Shown one piece after another: positions 1 through 9,413 of a stretch of DNA of 64,000 nucleotides. Numbering within the stretch: the first letter of the stretch is position 1; each line of letters begins with the position of its first letter. A model generated the notes under the pieces. It had not been told where the DNA came from and did no database searches. It saw nothing but the letters and a program-made list of their open reading frames with translations. The stretch is from NCBI GenBank assembly GCA_016721005.1, contig JADKJM010000004.1, positions 177,701 to 241,700 on the forward strand. The letters are read 5' to 3'. The position numbers were made by a program, and so were the translations under genes. The stretch is from Flavobacteriales bacterium. GTDB lineage: Bacteria; Bacteroidota; Bacteroidia; Flavobacteriales_F; PHOS-HE28.

Positions 1-349
1 GTTCGATGCCTCTGCCGGAAACCGCGGGGTTCGGATCGCGATGCGCAACCACCACGAGCTTCACGCCACGTTCGATCAGATGCAACGAGCACGGAGGTGT
101 CCTTCCGAAGTGATCACAAGGCTCGAGGTTGACGTACAGCACGGCGCCCGGGGGAATGGCGCCTTCACCGAAGTTGCGCAGGCACTCCACTTCAGCGTGC
201 GGCCTACCCACTTGCTTATGCCAACCTTCCGCCAGCAGCACATCGTCCTTGACGAGTACTGCGCCGACCATCGGATTGGGCGCCACGGTTCCAGCACCAA
301 GCCGTGCCAGGTCCAGACAGCGATGCATCCAGCGGGTGTGGTCGTTCAT
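1..349 (-). CDS. ribD: Riboflavin biosynthesis protein RibD, N-terminal deaminase domain; partial, 3' end runs off the left edge of the window
   Basis: Hand translation of the minus strand from 349 down gives MNDHTRWMHRCLDLARLGAGTVAPNPMVGAVLVKDDVLLAEGWHKQVGRPHAEVECLRNFGEGAIPPGAVLYVNLEPCDHFGRTPPCSLHLIERGVKLVVVAHRDPNPAVSGRGIE. It carries the CMP/dCMP-type zinc deaminase HAE...PCxxC motif typical of RibD. This frame is absent from the ORF track because it has no stop inside the window. Confidence 0.8.
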   Translation of the reverse strand, partial: MNDHTRWMHRCLDLARLGAGTVAPNPMVGAVLVKDDVLLAEGWHKQVGRPHAEVECLRNFGEGAIPPGAVLYVNLEPCDHFGRTPPCSLHLIERGVKLVVVAHRDPNPAVSGRGIE

Positions 350-419
350 TACAGAGGTCGGCAAAGTTGGTCGATCACGCGTCGGTCAGGCGCACAGTCA
401 CATTCTACTTTTGCGGCCT

Positions 420-1283
420 ATGGACATTTCCGCGTTCGACGCTCCTGTATCATCGGTACTTGCCGCTTTTCGCGAACGGCTCGGCGCGCGGTACGATGCA
501 GGGGAAGTGAATGCGATGACACGGGTGGTGTTCAAGGAACACTTCGGATGGGATCCAGCCATGATCGAGATCCGGAAGGCCGATATCCTGCCGGGATCCG
601 ACCGCTCTCACTTGTTGGGGATCCTGGATCGATTGACGGAAGGCGAACCCTTGCAGTACATCCTTGGTGCGGTGGAGTTCCAAGGCATGCCCCTGAAGGT
701 CGATCGGCGAGTGCTGATCCCGCGTCCGGAGACAGAGGAGTTGGTGGCGGCGATCAAGGAGGAGCGGATCATTCCTGCGCGTGCGTTGGATGTCGGCACG
801 GGGAGCGGTTGCATCGCACTGTCCATGAAGAAGTGTTACCCGATGGCAGAGGTTTTCGGGATCGATGTTTCCCAGGACGCGCTGGACGTTGCGCGCATGA
901 ACAGCGAGGACCTTGCACTGCCTGTGAATTGGATCTTGGGAAATGTGCTTTCGAACGCATTCGTCCTTCCGGATCGGATCGACCTGCTGGTGAGCAATCC
1001 GCCGTATGTGCCGAGGGAGGAGGAGGAGTCGTTGGCTGTGCATGTGCGTTCACGCGAACCGCATGTAGCGCTATTCGCACCGGCGAACGATCCATTGGCG
1101 TTCTACAGGGCGATCGCGACGAAGGCAATGGACGCTCTTATTCCTGGTGGACGCATCCGGTTCGAGGGACACTGGAAGTACAGCGCTGAAGTGGCCGATC
1201 TACTTCGCTCCATGAACTACAAGGACGTTCGCTTGGTGAAGGACATGAGCGGGCAGCCACGTTTCATCCACGGCACGCGATGA
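420..1283 (+). CDS. prmC: Peptide chain release factor N5-glutamine methyltransferase (PrmC/HemK)
   Basis: Start trimmed from ORF 129..1283 to the internal Met MDISAFD at 420. Contains the Rossmann motif LDVGTGSGCIALS and the NPPY motif (VSNPPYVP). Confidence 0.85.
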   Translation: MDISAFDAPVSSVLAAFRERLGARYDAGEVNAMTRVVFKEHFGWDPAMIEIRKADILPGSDRSHLLGILDRLTEGEPLQYILGAVEFQGMPLKVDRRVLIPRPETEELVAAIKEERIIPARALDVGTGSGCIALSMKKCYPMAEVFGIDVSQDALDVARMNSEDLALPVNWILGNVLSNAFVLPDRIDLLVSNPPYVPREEEESLAVHVRSREPHVALFAPANDPLAFYRAIATKAMDALIPGGRIRFEGHWKYSAEVADLLRSMNYKDVRLVKDMSGQPRFIHGTR

Positions 1284-1912
1284 TGGTCAGGCTTATTCCC
1301 TGCTCCGCGTTCTTGCTATTGGTTTCGGCATCGTTGGCGCAGGAACCTGTTCCAGCCGAGCGTCACTCCGCGTACCGTGTGATCTTCAACTTCGATTTCC
1401 GGCGCACGTACGTGAATGCGGATCCTGTGCATTTCTATGGATTCCGTATCGGCGCGCAACGCGATCGGGACATCATCGCCGTAGGGTTCTATGGGATCGG
1501 AGATGCGTACATCCAACCGGCGGTGGATCTGCCCGGGATCGGAACGCGGGAACTCCGCACCAATTTCGACTACGCAGCACTCACCTATGAGCGTCTGCTG
1601 ATCGATTCCAAAAGGTGGCAGGTCGGCATACCCGTCAGCATCGGTCTGGGGAATTATCGCAAGAGTTATGTAGGCGATGATCGACGCATCGTTCCGTACT
1701 CCACGAATGAGTTGGTTCCATTGGAAGCAACCCTGCATGCGGACTATGACCTGTTCTGGTGGATCTTCGTCGGCGCAGGCGGCGGGTACCGGTATGTGCT
1801 GGCTGCGGACCCGGATGCCACACGGGCCTTGAGCGATCGGACCTACTACCTCAAGGTCGGGTTAAGGGTGGGTGAAGTGGTGAAACGAGCACGGAAGAAG
1901 TTGAAGGACTGA
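1280..1912 (+). CDS. Hypothetical secreted/outer-membrane protein with signal peptide
   Basis: 210-aa ORF. The N-terminus MMVRLIPCSAFLLLVSASLAQ looks like a signal peptide. The composition is Tyr/Gly-rich and beta-strand-like. ATGA overlap with the prmC stop. Confidence 0.55.
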   Translation: MMVRLIPCSAFLLLVSASLAQEPVPAERHSAYRVIFNFDFRRTYVNADPVHFYGFRIGAQRDRDIIAVGFYGIGDAYIQPAVDLPGIGTRELRTNFDYAALTYERLLIDSKRWQVGIPVSIGLGNYRKSYVGDDRRIVPYSTNELVPLEATLHADYDLFWWIFVGAGGGYRYVLAADPDATRALSDRTYYLKVGLRVGEVVKRARKKLKD

Positions 1913-1913
1913 C

Positions 1914-3935
1914 ATGGAACGGAAGGAAATGAAGGAGCGGATCGGGAAGTTGAGCGAGGAACTCGCACAGCACAACCACCGGTACTATGTGTTGGCCGCT
2001 CCGGCCATCAGCGATCATGAGTTCGACCTGAAATTGAAGGAGCTCGAACGGTTGGAAAAGGAGTTCCCGGAATTCGCATCACCCAATAGCCCGACGCAGC
2101 GCGTGGGTGGGGACATCACCAAAGGCTTCCCGACGGTCGCACATAAGTACCCGATGCTTTCGCTGGGGAACACCTACTCGCGGGAAGAAGTGGCGGACTT
2201 CGTTGCACGGGTGGAGAAGTCGGTGGGCACCACGACCTATTCCATGGAGTTGAAGTATGACGGCGTGGCCATCAGCCTCACCTATATGAATGGTGAATTG
2301 GTGCGTGGCGTGACCCGGGGCGACGGTGAGAAAGGCGAGGAGATCACCGCGAACATCCGCACGATCAAGACCATTCCATTAAAGCTGCAAGGGACTGGAT
2401 GGCCTGAAGAAATGGAGGTGCGCGGCGAAGTGATCTTCACCAAGGACCGCTTTGATGAGTTGAATCGGCAGCGTGCGGAGGAAGGAGAGGACCTTTACGC
2501 GAATCCACGGAATACCGCTGCGGGTAGTTTGAAGCAACAGGACCCGAAGGAGGTGGCCAAGCGCGGTCTGGACAACTTCATCTACTCCGTGCAGTCCGAT
2601 GCATCGATCACCCGCAGCCATTTCGAGAACCTCGCGCATTGTCGGAGTTGGGGATTCAAGACACCGGATCCCGATCGTCGATTCATTGAGCGCGCCGCGA
2701 GTGTCGAAAGCATCATGGCCTTCATTGATCACTGGGAGAAACACCGGAACGACTTGGAGATGATCATTGACGGTGTGGTGATCAAAGTCGATGATCTATT
2801 GGTGCAGGAGGAATTGGGCAACACCGCCAAAGGCCCACGGTGGGCAGTGGCGTACAAGTACGCGCCCGAGCAGGCGCTCACACGTTTGCTCGGTGTCACT
2901 TTCCAGATCGGTCGTACGGGTGCGGTCACACCGGTGGCCGAGTTGGATCCGGTGGTGCTTGCCGGTACCACGGTGAAGCGCGCCTCGCTCTTCAACGCCG
3001 ACCAGTTGGAACGGCTTGACCTCCACGAAGGGGACATGGTGATAGTGGAGAAAGCGGGCGAGATCATACCACAGGTCGTGGGTGTGGATCCAACGAAGCG
3101 ACCTGTTGGTGCGAAGCGCGTCGTCCTTCCGGAAACCTGTCCCGAATGTGGCACTGTGCTTCAACGCGTGGAAGGTGAAGCCCAGCACTACTGCCCGAAC
3201 GAGAACGGGTGTCCGCCGCAGATCACCCGACGCATCGAGCACTTCGTATCACGGCGTGCAATGAACATTGATGGACTGGGCGCTGAGACCGTAGAGGAAT
3301 TCTTTCGCGCCGGACTGATCCGCGACGCCGCGGACCTCTACGACCTCACCGAAAAGCAGATCCTTGACCTGGGGAAGGGCTGGAAGGAGAAGAGCGCCAA
3401 GAAGGTGATCGATGGATTGATCGCCAGCAAGCAGGTTCCGTTCGAACAGGTGCTCTTCGCGCTGGGGATCCGGCACGTGGGCGAGACGGTAGCGAAGAAG
3501 ATCGCGCGGACCACCGGTGGCTTGGACCGTATCCTATCAATGTCACGCGAGGAACTCACGGCCATTGATGAAGTGGGGGAGGTGATCGCAGGTAGTATCA
3601 TGGATTTCCTGGCTGTGGAGGCCAACAGGTCCATGGTGGAACGGTTGCGCAGCCACGGAATTTCGATGGTCGCGGAAGATACCGGGAAGCCCGCGTTGAG
3701 CGAACGGCTGAAAGGCCTTTCCTTCGTGGTGTCGGGTGTTTTCCGCAATTTCAGCCGCGATGGCATCAAGGAGGCGATCGAGCGCAATGGCGGAAAGGTT
3801 TCCGGTTCCATCAGCAGCAAGACCAGTTACTTGGTGGCCGGTTCGGACATGGGACCTGCCAAACGAGCGAAAGCAGAGGACCTGAAAGTGCCGGTGATCG
3901 ATGAGGATGAACTTACGCGGATGATCCAGGAATGA
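1914..3935 (+). CDS. ligA: NAD-dependent DNA ligase LigA
   Basis: 673 aa. Adenylation KxDG motif (ELKYDGVAISL), OB fold, Zn finger CPECG...C, HhH region and C-terminal BRCT. Confidence 0.95.
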   Translation: MERKEMKERIGKLSEELAQHNHRYYVLAAPAISDHEFDLKLKELERLEKEFPEFASPNSPTQRVGGDITKGFPTVAHKYPMLSLGNTYSREEVADFVARVEKSVGTTTYSMELKYDGVAISLTYMNGELVRGVTRGDGEKGEEITANIRTIKTIPLKLQGTGWPEEMEVRGEVIFTKDRFDELNRQRAEEGEDLYANPRNTAAGSLKQQDPKEVAKRGLDNFIYSVQSDASITRSHFENLAHCRSWGFKTPDPDRRFIERAASVESIMAFIDHWEKHRNDLEMIIDGVVIKVDDLLVQEELGNTAKGPRWAVAYKYAPEQALTRLLGVTFQIGRTGAVTPVAELDPVVLAGTTVKRASLFNADQLERLDLHEGDMVIVEKAGEIIPQVVGVDPTKRPVGAKRVVLPETCPECGTVLQRVEGEAQHYCPNENGCPPQITRRIEHFVSRRAMNIDGLGAETVEEFFRAGLIRDAADLYDLTEKQILDLGKGWKEKSAKKVIDGLIASKQVPFEQVLFALGIRHVGETVAKKIARTTGGLDRILSMSREELTAIDEVGEVIAGSIMDFLAVEANRSMVERLRSHGISMVAEDTGKPALSERLKGLSFVVSGVFRNFSRDGIKEAIERNGGKVSGSISSKTSYLVAGSDMGPAKRAKAEDLKVPVIDEDELTRMIQE

Positions 3936-4501
3936 AACTGTTCGATCGGCTCAAGGAATGGATGGGTATCCGCAAATTGTTGCGGGATCTTCCTGTTGGT
4001 CGCAAGCCGATCGCACGCAACCTCGGCATGGCTCGCAAGGTGGCGATCGTCTATGTGGTGGAGGACGAGGCCGCGCACAACCACGTGCGGAACTACGTGA
4101 AGCGGATCAAGGAGGAATTGGGCCTCAGCAACATCATGGCCTTGGGGTATTCGGACCAGAAGGTGATGCCGCATTATCTGCACGCCAAGTTGAACTTCAA
4201 CGCCATCTGCCAGAAGGACCTCAATTGGTACCGCATCCCGCAGGGCAACACCGTGCAGAACTTCATGGCGGAGGAATTCGAGATCATCATCGACCTCACC
4301 ATGCAGGACCGCTTGCCGATCCAGTACATCATGGCCAAGAGCCGGGCGCGCTTCAAAGTGGGGCGTTGGAGTGAGAGCAACAAGAAGATCCTGGACATGA
4401 TGATCGACATGGCCGGATCGCAAAGCCTGCCGCAACTCATTCAGCAGATCCATCACTACCTGTTGATGGTGAATGCCAAACCAGAACCCTCACTGAACTG
4501 A
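3932..4501 (+). CDS. Hypothetical protein (unknown function), translationally coupled between ligA and dapA
   Basis: 189-aa ORF. ATGA overlap with the ligA stop; its own stop overlaps the dapA start (TGATGG). No recognisable motif. Confidence 0.6.
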   Translation: MKLFDRLKEWMGIRKLLRDLPVGRKPIARNLGMARKVAIVYVVEDEAAHNHVRNYVKRIKEELGLSNIMALGYSDQKVMPHYLHAKLNFNAICQKDLNWYRIPQGNTVQNFMAEEFEIIIDLTMQDRLPIQYIMAKSRARFKVGRWSESNKKILDMMIDMAGSQSLPQLIQQIHHYLLMVNAKPEPSLN

Positions 4502-5409
4502 TGGACGAACGTTTCCGTGGCCTCGGAGTAGCGATGGTCACCCCATTCCGAGATCCTTCGACCGGCTCAGGAGGCCTGATCGATTACGCTGGACTGGAAC
4601 GCCTGATCGAGCACATGATCACCGGCGGTGTGGATTACCTGGTGAGCATGGGTACCACTGGTGAGAGTGTTACGCTGACCAAAGCGGAGAAGCACGAACT
4701 GCTGGCCCAAACGATCGGCTTCGTGCATAACCGCGTTCCGATCGTATTGGGTGTCGGTGGGAACAACACCGCCGAGGTCATCGAGACGTTGAACGGTTTC
4801 GAGATGGATGGCGTGGATGCGATCCTGAGCGTAAGTCCTTACTACAACAAGCCCACGCAGGAAGGCATCTACCAGCACTACAAGGCGATCGCGCAAACGA
4901 GCTTGCGGCCCATCATCCTCTACAATGTTCCGGGCCGGACCGGAAGCAACATCACTGCCGAGACCACCGTGCGGCTCGCGCGCGACTTCGCCAATATCAT
5001 CGGCATCAAGGAGGCCAGCGCGAACCTGGATCAGATGGGTTCGATCCTCAAACACAAGCCTGCGGACTTCATGCTCATCAGCGGCGATGATGCACTCACG
5101 CTTCCCATCATCGCCATGGGCGGTGTGGGGGTGATCAGCGTGGCGGGCAATGCGCTGCCGCAGGAATGCAGCCTCTTGGTGGACGCCGCTTTGAAAGGTG
5201 ATCTGGAGACTGCGCGCAAGGAACATCTTCGGTTGATCGAGGTGATCAACCTGCTCTTCGCTGAAGGAAATCCCGGCGGCATCAAAGAGGTGTTGAAAGT
5301 GCTTGGTGTTTGCGGCGATACTATGCGACTGCCGCTGGTGAACATCAGCGAGGCGACAGCGAAGAAGATCTACCACGCGCTGGCAGACGCGGATGTGGTG
5401 AGGCTTTGA
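4501..5409 (+). CDS. dapA: 4-hydroxy-tetrahydrodipicolinate synthase
   Basis: 302 aa, starting GVAMVTPF...GTTGES. Shows the typical DapA/NAL-family TIM-barrel signature with an active-site Lys region. Confidence 0.9.
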   Translation: MDERFRGLGVAMVTPFRDPSTGSGGLIDYAGLERLIEHMITGGVDYLVSMGTTGESVTLTKAEKHELLAQTIGFVHNRVPIVLGVGGNNTAEVIETLNGFEMDGVDAILSVSPYYNKPTQEGIYQHYKAIAQTSLRPIILYNVPGRTGSNITAETTVRLARDFANIIGIKEASANLDQMGSILKHKPADFMLISGDDALTLPIIAMGGVGVISVAGNALPQECSLLVDAALKGDLETARKEHLRLIEVINLLFAEGNPGGIKEVLKVLGVCGDTMRLPLVNISEATAKKIYHALADADVVRL

Positions 5410-5410
5410 G

Positions 5411-6010
5411 CTAATGTCCGATGTGATAGTCGGATAAGCGCAGCATCTGCAGTGTATCGTTCCCGATCCGACAGTCCATACGGATCAATCCGATGTCCTT
5501 CGCGAAGTAGGACCAAGCGAGCTTGATGCCATATCCTTCGCCGATAACGAGCACGTGCGAATAGCTGACTCCGAGGACCTCCACGATCGTATCCCTAGCG
5601 ACAACGCAGCGCTCTATGATGTGCCCGGGTGACTCGTACCACCAACACGTTCCCACCGATTCATCCTTCAATATGGCGAATAGAGTGGGCCCTATGGAAA
5701 CATGATCACTGTAGATCGGATACGTGTAGCCATACCAATATTGATCATCCCAATACGGTACACATGCAATATGGGTCTTGCACGTACCTCTATCGATCTG
5801 GTGTTGCACATAGGTGGCGCTTACGCTCTTGGTCACGGTCATGTTTGCCGTATCCAGATAATTCCAATGGGAGCCCGGAAAGAGGGGCAGGTAGGGCTGA
5901 GGCTCCATGACAGTGCCCGACGACCAGCCCTCGCAATAATTCGTTCCTTCCTTCTTGCAGCCTATCAGCAGGACCAGTGAGGTCGAGGCAGTAAGTATGA
6001 TGGCCCGCAT
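5411..6010 (-). CDS. Hypothetical lipoprotein (Trp/Tyr-rich)
   Basis: Trimmed from ORF 5411..6559 to the internal Met MRAIILTASTSLVLLIGC at 6010, which gives a lipobox (LIGC). The longer N-terminal extension would overlap the divergent exonuclease gene. The region looks locally lower in GC. Confidence 0.55.
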   Translation of the reverse strand: MRAIILTASTSLVLLIGCKKEGTNYCEGWSSGTVMEPQPYLPLFPGSHWNYLDTANMTVTKSVSATYVQHQIDRGTCKTHIACVPYWDDQYWYGYTYPIYSDHVSIGPTLFAILKDESVGTCWWYESPGHIIERCVVARDTIVEVLGVSYSHVLVIGEGYGIKLAWSYFAKDIGLIRMDCRIGNDTLQMLRLSDYHIGH

Positions 6011-6043
6011 GTGTACGAAGTTAGACTGCATCTTCGCGCCGGA

Positions 6044-6643
6044 ATGGACTTCCTCGCCCTCGATTTCGAAACCGCAACCACTGCTGCCGATAGCCCGTGT
6101 GAGTTGGGTATTGCTATCGTACGTGGTGGCGTTGTTCGAGAAGTCCGGAACTGGTTGATCAAACCACCGCAGTGGCCGTATTTCAGTCCATGGAACATCG
6201 CGGTACACGGCATCCGAGCGCAGGACGTGGCCGATGCTCCGCGTTGGACGGAGATCTGGGAGGAAGTGCGTTCCTTGTTGTTGGGTGCAACGGTGGTCGC
6301 GCACAATGCCGCTTTCGACATGGGTGTGTTGCGGGCCACCTTGGCTGCACATGGTCTGGTGCATCCCAGCTTTCAATACTTCTGCAGCGTGACAATGGCG
6401 CGCAAGGTGTGGCCCGGCCACGCAACGTATGGATTGAAGGCTCTTTGCGATCGGCACGGCATTCCGCTGAAACACCACCGCGCTGGAAACGATGCCGAAG
6501 CAACGGCTGAGGTCGTCCTTCGCGCCTTGATCGATGGGGATACGATCGATTCGTTCCAACGGCGTTCACGCTTCAACCTCGGCGCGTTCTATCCGGGTGG
6601 TCATCGAACGCCGGGAGGGAAGGTCACGATGATAAGATCGTGA
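6044..6643 (+). CDS. DEDDh 3'-5' exonuclease (DnaQ/epsilon-like domain protein)
   Basis: MDFLALDFETA..., VAHNAAFDMGVL and HRAGNDAEA correspond to the Exo I, II and III motifs. Start chosen at the Met immediately before the DxE motif. Confidence 0.8.
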   Translation: MDFLALDFETATTAADSPCELGIAIVRGGVVREVRNWLIKPPQWPYFSPWNIAVHGIRAQDVADAPRWTEIWEEVRSLLLGATVVAHNAAFDMGVLRATLAAHGLVHPSFQYFCSVTMARKVWPGHATYGLKALCDRHGIPLKHHRAGNDAEATAEVVLRALIDGDTIDSFQRRSRFNLGAFYPGGHRTPGGKVTMIRS

Positions 6644-6676
6644 CCACGGATCACGGGTAGCGCCTAATTTCAACCC

Positions 6677-7204
6677 GTGGACCTCGACAGCCTTCATCTG
6701 ATCGGACGCTTGGGAAAGCCTTGGGGGCACCAAGGCGAGCTCACCGTACACTTGGATTCCGTGGATCTGGAGGACATCATTCACGCGGGTTCACTGTTCG
6801 TGGACATCGAGGGTCAGAAGGTGCCATTCTTCTTCAGTCGCTTGCATGACAAGGGTCGCGACATCCTGGTGAAGTTCGATGACTTCGATGATCCGCAGAG
6901 CGCATCGGTGCTGGTGGGTCGGGATATCTACGCGCCGCCGGGTCTGCTCGCCGACGGCAGTGATGAGAGCTGGGATCCGGAAGAGTTCATCGGGATGTTG
7001 GTGCGTGATGAAGAACACGGCGAACTCGGCGAGGTGACCGGCATTGATGGCACGGACAAGAACCCGGTGCTCGTGGTCCTCGGTGGTGGCCGGGAGATCA
7101 TGATCCCGGTTGCGGATGAAATGATCCTGAACATGGATCCGGAGGAGAACGTCCTCCTCGTCCGCACGCCACCCGGACTCATCGACCTCTACCGGGCGGA
7201 TTGA
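6677..7204 (+). CDS. rimM: Ribosome maturation factor RimM
   Basis: 175 aa. N-terminal LHLIGRLGKPWGHQGELTV, the typical RimM beta-barrel start, and a PRC-barrel-like C-terminal half. Confidence 0.8.
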   Translation: MDLDSLHLIGRLGKPWGHQGELTVHLDSVDLEDIIHAGSLFVDIEGQKVPFFFSRLHDKGRDILVKFDDFDDPQSASVLVGRDIYAPPGLLADGSDESWDPEEFIGMLVRDEEHGELGEVTGIDGTDKNPVLVVLGGGREIMIPVADEMILNMDPEENVLLVRTPPGLIDLYRAD

Positions 7205-7208
7205 GGGA

Positions 7209-7916
7209 ATGCCCGAGCAGCGGTTCCGGTTCAAGCAATTCTTCATCGAGCAGGATCGGTGTGCCATGAAAGTGGGCACCGATGGAGTGGTACTCGGTGC
7301 GTGGACGGAGACCCTTGGTGCGAAGCGGATCCTTGATATTGGAACAGGTACGGGTCTTCTGGCGCTGATGATGGCGCAACGCGTTCCGGAGGCGATGATC
7401 GATGCGGTGGAGATCGATGAGGCCGCAGCAGAGCAGGCGTCAGTGAATGTCACGGCGAGTCCTTGGGCCGAACGCATCCGCGTGCATTGGATGGATGCGC
7501 GGCGCTTGCACACCAAGGAGCCCTACGATCTGATCATCTGCAACCCACCATACTACATGGGTGAGATGGCCGCACCGGATCCGCGATTGACCGTTGCCAA
7601 ACACGGAGCGGAACTGACCTTCGATCAGCTTGTCGATGTGGTTGAAAAATTGCTGACCGACCACGGCCGGTTCGCGGTGATCGTGCCTTCCGATCGTGAG
7701 CATCGCTTGCGGTTGGCTGGGGAACGCGTGGGTCTATCCGTGTTCCGGCGCGGCCCACTACGGTATCTGGAAGGTCGGCCGTTCAAACGCGTGCTGCTCG
7801 AACTCTGGCGTGGCGCGCCACAGGATCCGCATGATCCGGTGATCGTGGAACGCGCGCCCGGTGAATACACCGAAGCGTACAAACAATTGCTCGCTCCCTT
7901 CCTGCTGAAGTTCTGA
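7209..7916 (+). CDS. tRNA1(Val) (adenine37-N6)-methyltransferase (TrmN6/YfiC family)
   Basis: Motifs ILDIGTGTGLLALM and DLIICNPPYY. Confidence 0.8.
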   Translation: MPEQRFRFKQFFIEQDRCAMKVGTDGVVLGAWTETLGAKRILDIGTGTGLLALMMAQRVPEAMIDAVEIDEAAAEQASVNVTASPWAERIRVHWMDARRLHTKEPYDLIICNPPYYMGEMAAPDPRLTVAKHGAELTFDQLVDVVEKLLTDHGRFAVIVPSDREHRLRLAGERVGLSVFRRGPLRYLEGRPFKRVLLELWRGAPQDPHDPVIVERAPGEYTEAYKQLLAPFLLKF

Positions 7917-7921
7917 AGCGT

Positions 7922-9262
7922 TCAGACCTCGACCTCCTCCTCGATAAAGGAGATCCCCATGTGATCCAATTCGTTCAGGATCGGATCATACAGCATGGGA
8001 GTGATGGGAAGCAGTACACCACGTTCATTGATCTTGCCGTTCAGCACCAGCTTGCAGGCCATGGCAATAGGAAGTCCTACCGTGCGGGACATCGCCGTGT
8101 GGCGTTGATCCTGCCCGATCACCGTCAGCGACGCGTTGATCTGCTGATGTGCCCCGGCGCTCGTGTACCGGAAACGGTGCCACATCACCACCATGTCCTT
8201 GTCATCGGGCATCAACTTCCACTTATCCTCCAGCAGACGCTGCAGTGTTGCCGCCGGTGAAAGACCGGCTACCCCGATCGTCCGGCCGCCGAAGAGTTCC
8301 AGCCAATCCATCTTGCGCATGGCCTCACCTTGGGGATCAAGGCCCAGTGTCGCGGCCATGGCAGCGCGTGTATCGCCATTCGCCACATGCGGAAGGAACG
8401 CATCGATATAATCCTTGAACGTGGCATCGGCGCCTAGCTCCATGGCGAATGAATCGTCCGTGCAGCCGAGGGCAACGAACGCGTCCCAGGCTTCACAATA
8501 CCCGGCTTTCCGAAGTGTCCCGCGCAAAAGCGTCGGGATCCCATCCAACCCATAGGTCTTGCGGTACTTCAACGAGTCGCGGTTCGCGTAGCCATCGAAA
8601 CCACCCACACCGGCCACATCGATCCGCACTGTTTCCTTGAACAGCCGGTGGTAGGGGATGTACTTCACCTTGCCATCACGGATGTAGCGCGCCGCTCCGC
8701 CTTGTCCGGCCAGCAACACGTTCCGCGGATTCCAACTGAACTTGTAGCCCCACGGATTGTCATCGCTTTGCGGGGCCACCAGACCACCGGTGTAGGACTC
8801 GAATGCTTCCATGCGGCCTCCTTCGCGACGTATCCGATCAAGGATCCTCATCGCGCTCATGTGATCGATCCCGGGGTCGAGCCCCATTTCATTCAGGACG
8901 ATCAGGCCCGCTGATGCGAACTCAGGGGACACCTTCCACAACTCGTCCGGCACATAGCTGGGTGTGATCACATGTTTCTTCAGCCGCAGGCAATCCTTCA
9001 GGACATCCATGTGCATGAACGCTGGCAGCATACTGATCACCAGGTCATGGTCTCCGATGAGCTTTGCCCGGGCCTCGGCCTCCACGGCGTCAAGGGCCAC
9101 CCCTTTGGCCACTTCGGGTCCTTCTCGCACCATGGAGTGCGCATGCGTCGCATCCTTATCCGCAACCGTTATCCGCCATTCCTGTTGGTCCGCGTGTTGG
9201 ATCAGGTAATGGATCAAGGATGCCGCGCTGCGGCCCGCACCAAGTATGAGGATCTTTCGCAT
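7922..9262 (-). CDS. Saccharopine dehydrogenase family protein
   Basis: 446 aa. N-terminal Rossmann MRKILILGAGRSA and an overall saccharopine dehydrogenase NADP-binding/C-terminal architecture. Confidence 0.7.
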   Translation of the reverse strand: MRKILILGAGRSAASLIHYLIQHADQQEWRITVADKDATHAHSMVREGPEVAKGVALDAVEAEARAKLIGDHDLVISMLPAFMHMDVLKDCLRLKKHVITPSYVPDELWKVSPEFASAGLIVLNEMGLDPGIDHMSAMRILDRIRREGGRMEAFESYTGGLVAPQSDDNPWGYKFSWNPRNVLLAGQGGAARYIRDGKVKYIPYHRLFKETVRIDVAGVGGFDGYANRDSLKYRKTYGLDGIPTLLRGTLRKAGYCEAWDAFVALGCTDDSFAMELGADATFKDYIDAFLPHVANGDTRAAMAATLGLDPQGEAMRKMDWLELFGGRTIGVAGLSPAATLQRLLEDKWKLMPDDKDMVVMWHRFRYTSAGAHQQINASLTVIGQDQRHTAMSRTVGLPIAMACKLVLNGKINERGVLLPITPMLYDPILNELDHMGISFIEEEVEV

Positions 9263-9413
9263 CCGATGATATTCTATCCGGGTTCGATCGGTCCGCGAAG
9301 ATGCGATTCACATGCCGAGGGCGCTGATCCGTCGAAGCATCACGGCGATTCCTTTGGCACATGCCTTGCCTCCGGAGGACGCGATCTACATTCGCGAACC
9401 CACACCACAACCC

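Noticed and set aside
41-1189. 382-aa plus-strand ORF spanning the ribD/prmC region
   Set aside because: It overlaps the well-supported ribD (minus strand) and prmC (different frame) genes. Its Arg/Ala/Gly-rich translation is typical of an out-of-frame reading of GC-rich DNA.
6010-6559. N-terminal 183-codon extension of the minus-strand ORF 5411..6559
   Set aside because: It would completely overlap the divergent DEDDh exonuclease gene. An internal Met at 6010 yields a clean lipoprotein signal peptide instead.
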